This document shows, piece after piece, positions 25,011-34,555 of a stretch of 64,000 nt of DNA. The stretch's first letter is position 1; each line of letters starts with the position of its first letter. Location: the NCBI GenBank assembly GCA_021796115.1, contig JAJYOP010000007.1:6867-70866 (forward strand). The letters are read 5' to 3'. A program made the position numbers and the translations under genes. Source of the stretch: a bacterium. Lineage in GTDB: Bacteria > Omnitrophota > Gorgyraeia > Duberdicusellales > 4484-171. Under the pieces are notes generated by a model. It was not told the origin of the DNA and made no database searches. It worked only from the letters and a program-made list of their open reading frames with translations.

Positions 25011-26354
25011 ATGCGCAGAAGATTAAAAGAAGAAAGTATTTTATTTATCAGCGTAATTAAATGGGTTATTCTTGCCGCCATCACAGGAATAATCGTGGGG
25101 TTATCCACGACAATATTTCTGAAAATATTAAATTGGAGCATAGCATTTACTGAAAAATATCCCTATTACTTTTTGTTGCTTCCAATCGCGCTATTTCTTA
25201 GCATATTAATAATTAAATATCTCGCTCCGGATGCCGAAGGGCACGGAACAGAAAAGGTGATAGAAGCCATTCACAGGCATGCCGGCAAGATAAAGGCTAT
25301 CGTTGTTCCGGTAAAACTGGTAGCAACTATAATTACTGTGGCATTGGGCGGTTCGGTCGGTAAGGAAGGGCCTTGTGCTCAAATCGGCGGCGGACTTTCC
25401 TCGATATTTTCCGACATTCTTAAGTTTGGCGACAAGGATCGGAAAAAATTGGTAATTTGCGGTATAAGCGCCGGTTTTGCTTCCGTATTCGGGACGCCTA
25501 TCGCCGGTTCTATCTTTGGCGTAGAAGTTTTATTTATAGGCGCTATTTTGTACGATGTTTTGCTCCCTTCTTTTATTGCCGGAATTATCAGCTATCACGT
25601 CTCATCATCTTTGGGCATAACCTACTTTTACCATCCCATAACTTTTGTTCCGGTTTTCAGCAATCAATTTTTTATCAAAGTTATATTCGCCGGTATTTTC
25701 TTTGGATTATGTTCAGTCCTGTTAATTGAAATATTAGAACGCACGCAAAAATTAGCCAAGCGATTAAGGTGGTGGGAGCCTCTAAAAGGCCTTGCCGGCG
25801 GTTCTTTCCTGGTTGGATTGACTTTTATATCTTCAAAAGAATATCTGGGCCTTGGTTTAAATACGATACAAAATACCTTAAGCGGCATCAAAACAGCATG
25901 GTATGCATTTATTTTAAAAATTATTTACACAAGCACAACCCTCGGGTTTGGCGGTAGCGGAGGAATCGTAACTCCTATTTTCTTCATTGGAGCGACTTCC
26001 GGAAGCTTATTTGCTTCTATTTTCGGATTAAACCCGGCTACTTTTGCGGCAATAGGTTTGGTCAGTGTTCTTGCCGGTTCAGCCAATACGCCGATTGCGG
26101 CAAGCATTATGGCGATGGAATTGTTCGGAACAAATATTGCGCCATACGCAACCGTTGCCTGCGTCGTAAGTTTCCTTATTACCGGACACAGAAGCGTTTA
26201 TCCATCGCAGGTGCTTGAAGTAAAGAAATCCGAATCAATCAATGTCGAAGTCGGCAAAGAGATAGAAAATGTGCTTGCTGAGGTAAGCCCCCGCAAAAAA
26301 AGCCTTACCGGAGCGATTCTTAAAATAACAAAAATATTTCGTAGGGTAAAATAA
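25011..26354 (+). CDS. ClC-family voltage-gated chloride channel/antiporter
   Basis: 447 aa, ~10-12 TM; ClC signatures GGSVGKEGP and FGTPIAGSIFGVE. Confidence 0.9.
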   Translation: MRRRLKEESILFISVIKWVILAAITGIIVGLSTTIFLKILNWSIAFTEKYPYYFLLLPIALFLSILIIKYLAPDAEGHGTEKVIEAIHRHAGKIKAIVVPVKLVATIITVALGGSVGKEGPCAQIGGGLSSIFSDILKFGDKDRKKLVICGISAGFASVFGTPIAGSIFGVEVLFIGAILYDVLLPSFIAGIISYHVSSSLGITYFYHPITFVPVFSNQFFIKVIFAGIFFGLCSVLLIEILERTQKLAKRLRWWEPLKGLAGGSFLVGLTFISSKEYLGLGLNTIQNTLSGIKTAWYAFILKIIYTSTTLGFGGSGGIVTPIFFIGATSGSLFASIFGLNPATFAAIGLVSVLAGSANTPIAASIMAMELFGTNIAPYATVACVVSFLITGHRSVYPSQVLEVKKSESINVEVGKEIENVLAEVSPRKKSLTGAILKITKIFRRVK

Positions 26355-26496
26355 TTAGCGCAACGACGGCAAGCAAGGGGATAACCTTAGTATAAAACGT
26401 TAAGCTAAATTTATTTTCAGAAAAACTCGAAGCGTGCTATAATTAAATATATTTCAATTTCTTTCCCGCTTACCATTATTTTTTAAAGGAGGTATT

Positions 26497-27219
26497 ATGG
26501 AACAACTAAAAATAGCTAACCAGTATAAAAAAATTCTTCAGAAGTTTGTTCAAGGCTTCAAAGATATCTATCAGGAAGAACTGCTGTCGCTTATTCTTTA
26601 TGGAAGTGCAGCAAGCGGAGAATTCGTAGATAGGCATTCCAATTTAAATGTGCTTGTGGTATTGAAAAATACTGATTTAGAAACAATAAAAAAATCAACA
26701 AACTTGGTACGTAAATTTAAAATGATCCAAACATTGTTTCTTACCGAAGACTATATTGCCAACTCTACCGATATTTTCCCTATAGAATTTCTTGATATGC
26801 AGGAAAATTATTTTGTTTTATACGGCAAAGATGTTCTAAAAGATATTCATGTGGATATACGCAATTTGCGCTTCCAGTGCGAACAAGAGTTAAAAGTAAA
26901 GCTTATTAAGCTAAGGCAAACCTATCTTTTTCTCAATGATAATATGCCCGCCCTGCGCAGTTTGTTATTTATTTCTTGCACCTCAGTTTTGCATATATTA
27001 CGTAATGTTTTACGCATAAAAGGTAAAAAACCAGCTTATTTAAAATCCGAAGTTTTAAAAGAATTAGCCTCTGAGTTTAAAATCGATATCCAGATATGGG
27101 ATAAAATATTAGCTGCTAAAAACAAGCAGACTAAATTAAACGGGAAGGAAATAGAGCAATTATTCATTAGTTTTGTGAAAGAATTGGAATCAGTAGTCAA
27201 TATAGTCGATAAATTATAA
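26497..27219 (+). CDS. nucleotidyltransferase-fold protein with degenerate active site plus helical C-terminal domain
   Basis: LILYGSAASGEFVDRHSNLNVLVVL: the hG[GS] motif is present, but N-L-N sits where the D-x-D carboxylates are expected. Confidence 0.5.
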   Translation: MEQLKIANQYKKILQKFVQGFKDIYQEELLSLILYGSAASGEFVDRHSNLNVLVVLKNTDLETIKKSTNLVRKFKMIQTLFLTEDYIANSTDIFPIEFLDMQENYFVLYGKDVLKDIHVDIRNLRFQCEQELKVKLIKLRQTYLFLNDNMPALRSLLFISCTSVLHILRNVLRIKGKKPAYLKSEVLKELASEFKIDIQIWDKILAAKNKQTKLNGKEIEQLFISFVKELESVVNIVDKL

Positions 27220-27223
27220 ATAA

Positions 27224-27982
27224 ATGCGCAAAATATTTCTTAGCTTATTTTTTCTTATCGCACCATTCTTTGGTTATGCCGAAAATGTCCCCCAACCGGC
27301 AGGCTGGGTCAATGACTTTGCAAATGTTATCGATAAAGGAACCAGCGAGAAAATAACTTCTTTGATTGAAGAGCTGGAACAAAAAACTACTGCGGAAATC
27401 GCAGTAGTTACAGTTAATTCTATTGCGCCTTACGATGAAAAGGAATATGCAAGGTTACTTTTTGACAATTGGAAACCAGGCAAGAAAGGCAAGGATAACG
27501 GTGTCTTGATTCTTTTAGCCATAAAAGAACACCGTTGGCGCATTGAAACCGGTTATGGGGTAGAAGGGATTTTACCTGACGGGCTTTGCGGTGAAATTGG
27601 GCGCAACTACATGGTGCCTTATTTTAAACAAGGCAATTACAGCAAAGGCTTATACGAAGGCGTAAAAGCTATCGCAAGTGTTATTGCCAAGAATAGCAAC
27701 ATTACTTTAAGTGCATCTGGTAATCCCGCTCAATTGCAATATGTTGAAAAGCCAATAGCTTTTCCACCCGAGCTCATATTTTTTATCATATTTTTAGTAA
27801 TTACTCTGATACCCGTGTTTACCACCGATAAATATCTTGGCGGGAGAAATTATCCCGGAGGATATTATGGTACTTACGGCGGAGGCGGCTTTGGAAGCGG
27901 TGGTTTTGGCGGGGGTGGAGGTGGTTTTGGAGGTTTTGGCGGCGGAGGCGGTGGTGGTGGCGGCGCCGGCGGAGGATTCTAA
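27224..27982 (+). CDS. TPM-domain (YgcG-like) protein with TM and Gly-rich tail
   Basis: Signal peptide; GWVNDFANVI..AEIAVVTV..NGVLILLAI..RIETGYG; TM; C-terminal (G/F/S)-rich run. Confidence 0.85.
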   Translation: MRKIFLSLFFLIAPFFGYAENVPQPAGWVNDFANVIDKGTSEKITSLIEELEQKTTAEIAVVTVNSIAPYDEKEYARLLFDNWKPGKKGKDNGVLILLAIKEHRWRIETGYGVEGILPDGLCGEIGRNYMVPYFKQGNYSKGLYEGVKAIASVIAKNSNITLSASGNPAQLQYVEKPIAFPPELIFFIIFLVITLIPVFTTDKYLGGRNYPGGYYGTYGGGGFGSGGFGGGGGGFGGFGGGGGGGGGAGGGF

Positions 27983-28011
27983 GTCTTTGTATAGAAAGGA
28001 GGGTAGCCAAG

Positions 28012-28578
28012 ATGAGAACATTTCTTATTGTATTAGCAGTTCTGGCAGCTATAGGGATATTAATTATCGCGCCGTGTATTGGGTTATATAATAGCATTGT
28101 TACTAAACACGAGACTATAACTGCTAAATGGGCGCAGGTTGAGAACCAGCTCCAGCGGCGTAATGATTTAATTCCCAATCTAGTTAACACTGTTAAGGGT
28201 TATGCCGCGCATGAAAAGTCTGTTTTTGAAGACGTTACTGCTGCGCGGTCTCAATGGGCAAAAGCCGGCACAGTAGATGAGAAAGTGAAAGCAGCAGGAG
28301 CCATGGATAGCGCATTATCGCGATTACTTTTAGTTGTTGAGAATTACCCTAACTTAAAAGCAGACCAAACGTTCTTAAGGCTTATGGACGAACTATCCGG
28401 CACGGAAAATCGTATTGCCGTAGAAAGAATGAGATATAACGAAACTGTTAGAGATTATAACATCACTGTCAGGAAATTCCCCGGTAATGTTGTTGCTGGA
28501 ATGTTTGGTTATAAAGTTGCCACAGAATACTTTAAAGCCGAAGAAAAGGCAAAAACAGTTCCCGAAGTAAAATTTTGA
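28012..28578 (+). CDS. lemA: LemA family protein
   Basis: N-terminal TM, then YNSIV..E.I.AKWAQVENQLQRRNDLIPNLV..VKGYA.HE, the typical LemA core. Confidence 0.9.
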   Translation: MRTFLIVLAVLAAIGILIIAPCIGLYNSIVTKHETITAKWAQVENQLQRRNDLIPNLVNTVKGYAAHEKSVFEDVTAARSQWAKAGTVDEKVKAAGAMDSALSRLLLVVENYPNLKADQTFLRLMDELSGTENRIAVERMRYNETVRDYNITVRKFPGNVVAGMFGYKVATEYFKAEEKAKTVPEVKF

Positions 28579-28607
28579 GCATATAATTTGTTCGAGGAGG
28601 ATGGGGT

Positions 28608-29084
28608 ATGAATTGTCCAAAATGCTTGGGTAAATTACAGGAAAAAATTGTTGAAGATTGCAAGGTGGATGTATGTTTTGTTTGCGAAGGCATCTGGTTT
28701 GATAACGGCGAACTTGAGAAAGTAATCAAAGCGGATGCCAAAGATTTTGACTTCCTTGATATTGATAGAGAAGAACTAGACGGAAAAGAAGCAGCGGAGC
28801 TTAAGGAAGAATTCGACAATAAAGAAAGTATATGCCCCCGTTGTGCAGATGGCACTAAATTAATTCGTAAAAAACATAAAGGGATACATGAAATCAATGT
28901 TGATGTTTGCCCTAAATGCAATGGCATATGGCTGGATGGCGGCGAAATTAAAGAACTAAGGCATCGTGGTTTAGTGAATTTAAAAGATGAAATTAACAAG
29001 GAAATCTCATTTTTGAAATATGTATTTTCTATTGATGGATTCAGAGATTTTATGCAAGGAGCGTTCCGTAAGCATCCAAAGTAA
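28608..29084 (+). CDS. double zinc-ribbon protein (two zf-TFIIB/TF_Zn_Ribbon-type modules)
   Basis: CPKCLG..VCFVCEGIWFDNGELEKV and CPRCAD..VCPKCNGIWLDGGEIKEL. Confidence 0.75.
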   Translation: MNCPKCLGKLQEKIVEDCKVDVCFVCEGIWFDNGELEKVIKADAKDFDFLDIDREELDGKEAAELKEEFDNKESICPRCADGTKLIRKKHKGIHEINVDVCPKCNGIWLDGGEIKELRHRGLVNLKDEINKEISFLKYVFSIDGFRDFMQGAFRKHPK

Positions 29085-29095
29085 GAATGCCTGGC

Positions 29096-29243
29096 TAAAC
29101 GGACAAATTTGGTTCGGGAATCGCCCCGCTAATGCCTAAAATATTTCAATTTCTGCGCAAATTTAAACCTATTTTTCTAAACTATAACCTCCCTTCCCTT
29201 GCGTTTTAGCTGCTTTATGGGCAGGTTTCCCCACCGCCGCTAA
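29096..29243. repeat. degenerate copies of the dispersed repeat family
   Basis: TAAACGGACAAATTTGG..GCTAATGCC (29096-29136) matches 14369-14420; GCGTTTTAGCTGC..GCAGGTTTCCCC (29201-29243) matches CGTTTAGCC..GAGAGGTTTCCC at 14437-14482. Confidence 0.45.
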
Positions 29244-29355
29244 AAAATATTCCTTAAACGCTATCTAAGGTTATATTAATATTAGTTAATATCTTAACAT
29301 TAAGGATATTGACAAATAGATTTTTTTAATATATCCTTTAAAAAGGAGGCAAGAT

Positions 29356-29907
29356 ATGAAAAAAATAGAAAAGAAAACCGAAGACAAACGTGCAATTTAC
29401 TATTGGGACAGGCTGCAGAATTACGGCAGGAAATACAAATGGTTTCATTGGCCTTCAGTCGAAGCATTCCTGAATTTGGTTTATACTTACGATGTAATTT
29501 CTAATCATTTTGCTTCTAAAATTCAACACACGGGCCTTTCGCGTTCCGCTCTTAATATTTTAAATATTATAAGCCGCAGCGATAAAAAGGGATGTACTCA
29601 TAAAGAACTAAGCGATTTATTGCTGGTTAGCCGTGCCAACGTGACTGGCCTGGTAGATAGTCTTGTGCGTAAAAATTTAGTCAAACGGCAGGATTCGCAG
29701 CATGACCGCCGCCTGAGTATTGTAAAAATTACCAAAAATGGCGAAGAACTGCTTAACTCCGTTCTCCCATCTTACTACTTAGAAATGAGGAGGCTTGCTT
29801 CGGATTTAAGCAATGATGAAAGGAATAAATTAAATGATATATTGATTAAATTAAGGCTGAAAATCTTTGATTTGTACAAAGATAAGAAAAAAACTGAATC
29901 TAATTGA
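29356..29907 (+). CDS. MarR-family transcriptional regulator
   Basis: Winged HTH core LSRSALNILNII..THKELSDLLLVSRANVTGLVDSLVRKNLVKR..DRR. Confidence 0.85.
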   Translation: MKKIEKKTEDKRAIYYWDRLQNYGRKYKWFHWPSVEAFLNLVYTYDVISNHFASKIQHTGLSRSALNILNIISRSDKKGCTHKELSDLLLVSRANVTGLVDSLVRKNLVKRQDSQHDRRLSIVKITKNGEELLNSVLPSYYLEMRRLASDLSNDERNKLNDILIKLRLKIFDLYKDKKKTESN

Positions 29908-29941
29908 AATTTCCGGCAGGACTATCCAGGATAATTATTTT

Positions 29942-31312
29942 ATGCAAAGTAAATTTATCATCTTTTTATTTTTAATGTCATTTTTATTTTTACCAACAGC
30001 TAATGCATCAAAAAATATTTCTGAAAACAGTGATAATAAAAAATCATTTGTGGGTCAATATACTTCTTTGAGCTTAAAAAGCGCTACGGAGCTGGCGTTA
30101 AAAAACAACCTCACCACTCTTTTAGCTAAGGCTAAAACTGAACAGGCTAAAGGAAAAGTTTTACAATCAGTTTCATATCTTTTGCCGCATGTATTGCTTA
30201 ATTTACAGCAATCGCGGGTTTTTAAAGAAAACCTTTCAGCTATGGGTTTTCCTTCCTGGGGCACTATCGGGCCTTATAATTCTTTTGACGGCAGAATTCA
30301 ACTGGTGCAGCAAATATTTGATTTAAGCGCGATAGAGCGGTTTCGGGCCGAGCAGGTTAATTCTAAAATAGCTCAACTGGACGAAGAACTTGCAGCTAAA
30401 CAAGTAAGGTCAGCGGTCAGCCTTGCATACTTAAATGCTTTAAGCGCAGAAGCAGATTTAAAAGCTGCCAAGGCAGACTTTGATTTGGCGAAGCAGCTCT
30501 TAAAACTAGGCCGTCACCAAAACGCGGCTGGTTTAGCCACAAGCATTGATGTAACAAGATTCGAAACTCGCGAAGCAGAAGAAGCAGCCAGATACTTGCA
30601 GGCTATAATGAATTTGCATAAAGCTTATATTGAACTTAATCGCGTAATAGGGCTACCGCTAAGCACACGTTTGAAACTAACCGATTCTATGGATCTCATG
30701 CTGGGGCATATTTTTTCTGTTAGCGAGGGGATAGATTTCGCTAATCGAAACAGAACAGAAATTAAAATTGCCAGCGAACGCATTCATCATCAAGAGCTGA
30801 AAGTTGAAGAAGCTAAATCAGAAAGATTACCCAAGGTTGGATTTTCCGGTGATTATGGTTTAGGCGGAGACAGTCCGAATAATTCGTTGCGAAATGTGGG
30901 CGAAGCAGGAGTACTTTTAAACATGCCTATCTTTGATAGTGGACTAATTAAAGGCGAGGTACAAGAAGCAGAGAGCAACAAACGTCAGTCCCAGTTAACT
31001 TATGATGATTTAACTAAACAAGTGCAGGAAGACGTGCGCCTGGCTTTTCAAACGCTCATTGTCGGCATTAAACAGGTAAAAGCAGCCAAAAAAACTCTTG
31101 GCTTAGCCAAAAGGGAATTAGATATGAGCAAAGATTTATTTTCAGCTGGCATAGGCGATAATATCCAGGTTATTGATGCGCAAACAGTGCTTGCGCGTGC
31201 CAGGCAGGAATACGTAGCTATGCTTTTTCAATATAATACCGCCCGCGTTAATCTTTATTCCGCTTTAGGTAACGTTGAAGCCTTCAGGCTTGTCAAAAAG
31301 AAAGGAGAATAA
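29942..31312 (+). CDS. TolC-like outer membrane efflux protein
   Basis: Start at ATG 29942 (MQSKFIIFLFL.. signal peptide); duplicated OEP helical/beta repeats. Confidence 0.85.
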   Translation: MQSKFIIFLFLMSFLFLPTANASKNISENSDNKKSFVGQYTSLSLKSATELALKNNLTTLLAKAKTEQAKGKVLQSVSYLLPHVLLNLQQSRVFKENLSAMGFPSWGTIGPYNSFDGRIQLVQQIFDLSAIERFRAEQVNSKIAQLDEELAAKQVRSAVSLAYLNALSAEADLKAAKADFDLAKQLLKLGRHQNAAGLATSIDVTRFETREAEEAARYLQAIMNLHKAYIELNRVIGLPLSTRLKLTDSMDLMLGHIFSVSEGIDFANRNRTEIKIASERIHHQELKVEEAKSERLPKVGFSGDYGLGGDSPNNSLRNVGEAGVLLNMPIFDSGLIKGEVQEAESNKRQSQLTYDDLTKQVQEDVRLAFQTLIVGIKQVKAAKKTLGLAKRELDMSKDLFSAGIGDNIQVIDAQTVLARARQEYVAMLFQYNTARVNLYSALGNVEAFRLVKKKGE

Positions 31313-31313
31313 A

Positions 31314-32204
31314 ATGAGCGATAAATTAAACGTACCGCCAAAAAAAGCTGAACCGTCAAAAAGAAAAATGGTTATTTTGTTTGCAGGAATACTAGCGGTA
31401 TCGGGATGTGTCTTTGGCCTAGGTTATTACTTTTATGCTTTGTCTCATACTTCAACAGACGATGCATTTATCGAAGGCCATGCCATTGCCATAAGCCCAA
31501 AAGTCTCCGGCCACATTTTAAAGGTTTACATTGACGATAATCAACAGGTCAAAGCCGGCGATCTTTTAGTCGAAATAGACTCTCGCGATTATGAAACGCG
31601 CTGTAAAATGGCAGAAGCGAATCTCGAGGCAGCCCAGGCAAAAGCAAGCCAGGCAGAAGAGGATGTTGGCCGTTACAAAAAACTTACTTTGAATGACGAA
31701 ATCTCCAAACAAGATATGGAACATGTCCTGGTCAAGGCGCGTATAGCTAACGCGGAATACGAGCAGGCAAAAGCTGCGCTTATGCAGGCGAAGCTTGAGC
31801 TTTCTTATACCAAAATTTATGCGCCGGCGACAGGAAGGGTGACTGAGAAATCGGTAGAAGAAGGCGCTTTTGTGCAAATTGGCCAGATGCTCTTAGAAAT
31901 TGTAACTCCAGAAAGATGGGTCATCGCAAATCTTAAAGAAACAGACCTTAAAAATATCTTGCCAGGGCAACCTGTTACCATAACTATTGATGCTTATCCC
32001 GGAAAAGTTTTTAAGGGCCATGTCGATAGTATACAGAGGGGCACGGGTGCAAGATTCAGCCTTTTACCTCCGGAAAATGCAACCGGCAACTATATAAAAA
32101 TTGTGCAAAGGGTACCGGTCAAAATAGTATTTGACGAAGAGCCTGACTCCCAGCATCCACTTGCTTTAGGGATGTCGGTAATACCCACTATTAAAACAAA
32201 ATAA
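31314..32204 (+). CDS. emrA: HlyD/EmrA-type membrane fusion protein
   Basis: Start ATG 31314 behind AAAGGAG; N-terminal TM, biotinyl-lipoyl-like segments (V..G..L..ID; I.AP..G.V), long coiled coil. Confidence 0.88.
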   Translation: MSDKLNVPPKKAEPSKRKMVILFAGILAVSGCVFGLGYYFYALSHTSTDDAFIEGHAIAISPKVSGHILKVYIDDNQQVKAGDLLVEIDSRDYETRCKMAEANLEAAQAKASQAEEDVGRYKKLTLNDEISKQDMEHVLVKARIANAEYEQAKAALMQAKLELSYTKIYAPATGRVTEKSVEEGAFVQIGQMLLEIVTPERWVIANLKETDLKNILPGQPVTITIDAYPGKVFKGHVDSIQRGTGARFSLLPPENATGNYIKIVQRVPVKIVFDEEPDSQHPLALGMSVIPTIKTK

Positions 32205-32234
32205 ATTTATGCATTCTAATAATTCGAGAAAGTT

Positions 32235-33803
32235 ATGAATATCGTAAGAGAAGCTTATGTAAAAAATAAATGGATGATTACGACAGCAGTTATGCTTGGC
32301 GCATTTTTATCTGTCATGGATACCAGTATAGTGAATGTTGCTCTTCCATACATGATGGGCAATTTTGCCCAAACCTTATCTGCCATTACCTGGGTAGCTA
32401 CCAGTTACACTATTGCGGCAATTATAATTATTACCATGACCGGGTGGCTAAGCACTTTAATGGGCAGAAAAAAGCTTTATCTATTTTCCTTTATTGTATT
32501 TACGGCTGGATCAGTTTTATGCGGAACAGCTAAAACGTTTCAGCAGATGTTGATTTATCGAATAGTCCAAGGTATAGGCGGCGGCGCGCTGATACCTATT
32601 TCTCAAGCCATTTTGCGTGAAACTTTTCCCAGAAAACAGCATGGAATGGCAATGGCTATTTTCGGAATGGGAGTGGTGCTTGCGCCTGCCTTAGGCCCGA
32701 TTGTCGGCGGCTGGCTGATTGATCATTACGGCTGGCCATGGATTTTTTATATCAACATACCTGTTAGCATAATAGGAATATGGATAGCGTATCATTATAT
32801 ACATGATCCTGAATATCTGAAACGTGGAGTTAAAAAAGTCGATTGGTTTGGGATATTATTCCTTACAATCGGGCTTACGGGTTTGCAGATAGTTTTGGAG
32901 AGAGGCCAGGAAAAAAACTGGTTTGATTCTTCATTTATTATAAGCTGGTCAATAGTTTCGCTAGTTTCCCTGATTGTTTTGATTTTTTGGGAATTACGGG
33001 CAAATGAGCCCGTAGTTGATTTGCGCATCTTGCGTAATGCACCGTTTGCTATAGGCTTTACTGTGGTAGCGTTATACGGCATTGCGCTTTACGGAACAAC
33101 TTTTATTTTACCGCAATTTACGCAAATCTTATTAGGATACTCCGCTTATCAATCCGGCCTGACGCTGCTTCCCAGGGCGTTTGCTTTATTTATTTTTATG
33201 CCGGTTGCCGGAAGGCTTTATAACCATATTGATGCCAAAAAGCTGATTATTTTCGGCATAGCTATTAGTTGCTGGTCTTATGCCTTATTAAGCCATCTTT
33301 CGCTCGATGTTGCTTTTGAAAATTTAATTCCTATATTGCTTTTAATGGGAGCCGGGATGGCCTTTGTATTTGTCCCTCTCTCGACAGTTTCTTTAATTAC
33401 CATAGCCAACAAGGATATGACTAATGCGACAAGCCTCTATACCTTGATGCAGCGCATCGGCGGCAATATCGGTTATGCCGTAACCGTTACTATCTTAGAG
33501 CGTAGAACCCAATTCCATCATTCGCATTTGGTTGAGAATATCTCTGCTTCGCATGGCCGTTTCTTAAATGTTTATCATGCCTTTACCGGATATTTACATA
33601 AAAATGGCTATGGCCCTGTTAGCGACAGACTGGGGACTTTTTCATTTCTTGACCATCTAATTAACCGTCAGGCAACAATGCTTTCTTATAATGATTTATC
33701 CTTGATTTTTATGTTAATGTTCCTGTTCGTTACAATTTTTATTTTATTTCTGCCACATAGCAGGACTGTCAAGAGTACTGAAGAAGTACCCCTTATAGAT
33801 TAA
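32235..33803 (+). CDS. emrB: MFS drug:H+ antiporter, 14-TMS DHA2 (EmrB/QacA) family
   Basis: 522 aa, ~14 TM; MFS motif A-like GWLSTLMGRKK. Confidence 0.88.
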   Translation: MNIVREAYVKNKWMITTAVMLGAFLSVMDTSIVNVALPYMMGNFAQTLSAITWVATSYTIAAIIIITMTGWLSTLMGRKKLYLFSFIVFTAGSVLCGTAKTFQQMLIYRIVQGIGGGALIPISQAILRETFPRKQHGMAMAIFGMGVVLAPALGPIVGGWLIDHYGWPWIFYINIPVSIIGIWIAYHYIHDPEYLKRGVKKVDWFGILFLTIGLTGLQIVLERGQEKNWFDSSFIISWSIVSLVSLIVLIFWELRANEPVVDLRILRNAPFAIGFTVVALYGIALYGTTFILPQFTQILLGYSAYQSGLTLLPRAFALFIFMPVAGRLYNHIDAKKLIIFGIAISCWSYALLSHLSLDVAFENLIPILLLMGAGMAFVFVPLSTVSLITIANKDMTNATSLYTLMQRIGGNIGYAVTVTILERRTQFHHSHLVENISASHGRFLNVYHAFTGYLHKNGYGPVSDRLGTFSFLDHLINRQATMLSYNDLSLIFMLMFLFVTIFILFLPHSRTVKSTEEVPLID

Positions 33804-33844
33804 TCTATATAAGAAAATGTTTTATAAAAGCAAGGAGGAGTAAA

Positions 33845-34534
33845 ATGAAAATTTTGCTTATCTCTTCAAGCCCGCATAAAGAAAAGAGCATGACCTTTCT
33901 TTTAGCTAAGGAAGCCGTAAAAGGCCTTGCACAGGAGGGGGTTGAATCAGAATCTATTCATTTGGATGATTTCAGGATACTTTTCTGTAAACATTGCGAA
34001 GAATGCCATAAACATATTCTGAACTGTCCTTTGCAAGATGATGTAAAAAATATCCTTAAAAAAATACTGGATGCCGACGGGATAATCCTGGCTTCGCCTA
34101 ACTATATAAACCAGATTACCGCCTCGATGAAAGCGCTTTTCGACCGTTCGGCGCACTTCATTCACTGTAAACGCCTTTCGGGTAAATATGTCATAGGTGC
34201 TGTTTCATCAGGAAGCGGACGGAATAAAGACGTTTTGACTTACCTTAAACATTATGCACATACTTGCGGAGCACAATATTGCGGCGGTATATCTAGCGCC
34301 AGGCAGCTCGGCGCAGATAAAATCAAGGAAGCTTTTAAATTAGGCAAAAAGCTGTCCGCAGATATCAAACAAAAAAAGATCTATCCAAAACAAATAGCGA
34401 TCATAGAAAAAAGCAAACAACATTTCCGGGAAATAATCAGGTTCAGGAAAAATGATTGGCAGGAAGAATATGCATACTGGGTGACGAAAGGCTGGATAGA
34501 CAAAGACAAGCAAGATATTTCACCAGACAAATAA
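33845..34534 (+). CDS. flavodoxin-like FMN reductase / iron-sulfur flavoprotein family
   Basis: MKILLISSSP.., ILASPNYINQIT, Cys cluster CKHCEEC...C. Confidence 0.7.
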   Translation: MKILLISSSPHKEKSMTFLLAKEAVKGLAQEGVESESIHLDDFRILFCKHCEECHKHILNCPLQDDVKNILKKILDADGIILASPNYINQITASMKALFDRSAHFIHCKRLSGKYVIGAVSSGSGRNKDVLTYLKHYAHTCGAQYCGGISSARQLGADKIKEAFKLGKKLSADIKQKKIYPKQIAIIEKSKQHFREIIRFRKNDWQEEYAYWVTKGWIDKDKQDISPDK

Positions 34535-34555
34535 ATTTTAATATATCATGATGAG

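Noticed and set aside
27794-28190. Overlapping ORFs (both strands) across the TPM gene 3' end
   Set aside because: They are artefacts of the GGN-rich region that encodes the Gly-rich tail of the TPM protein.
29106-29130. GGTTCGGGAATCGCCCC as a tRNA T-arm
   Set aside because: No acceptor stem, D-arm or anticodon arm can be drawn around it. It aligns with the repeat at 14.37 kb instead. I found no convincing tRNA, rRNA, tmRNA, SRP or RNase P signatures anywhere in the window.
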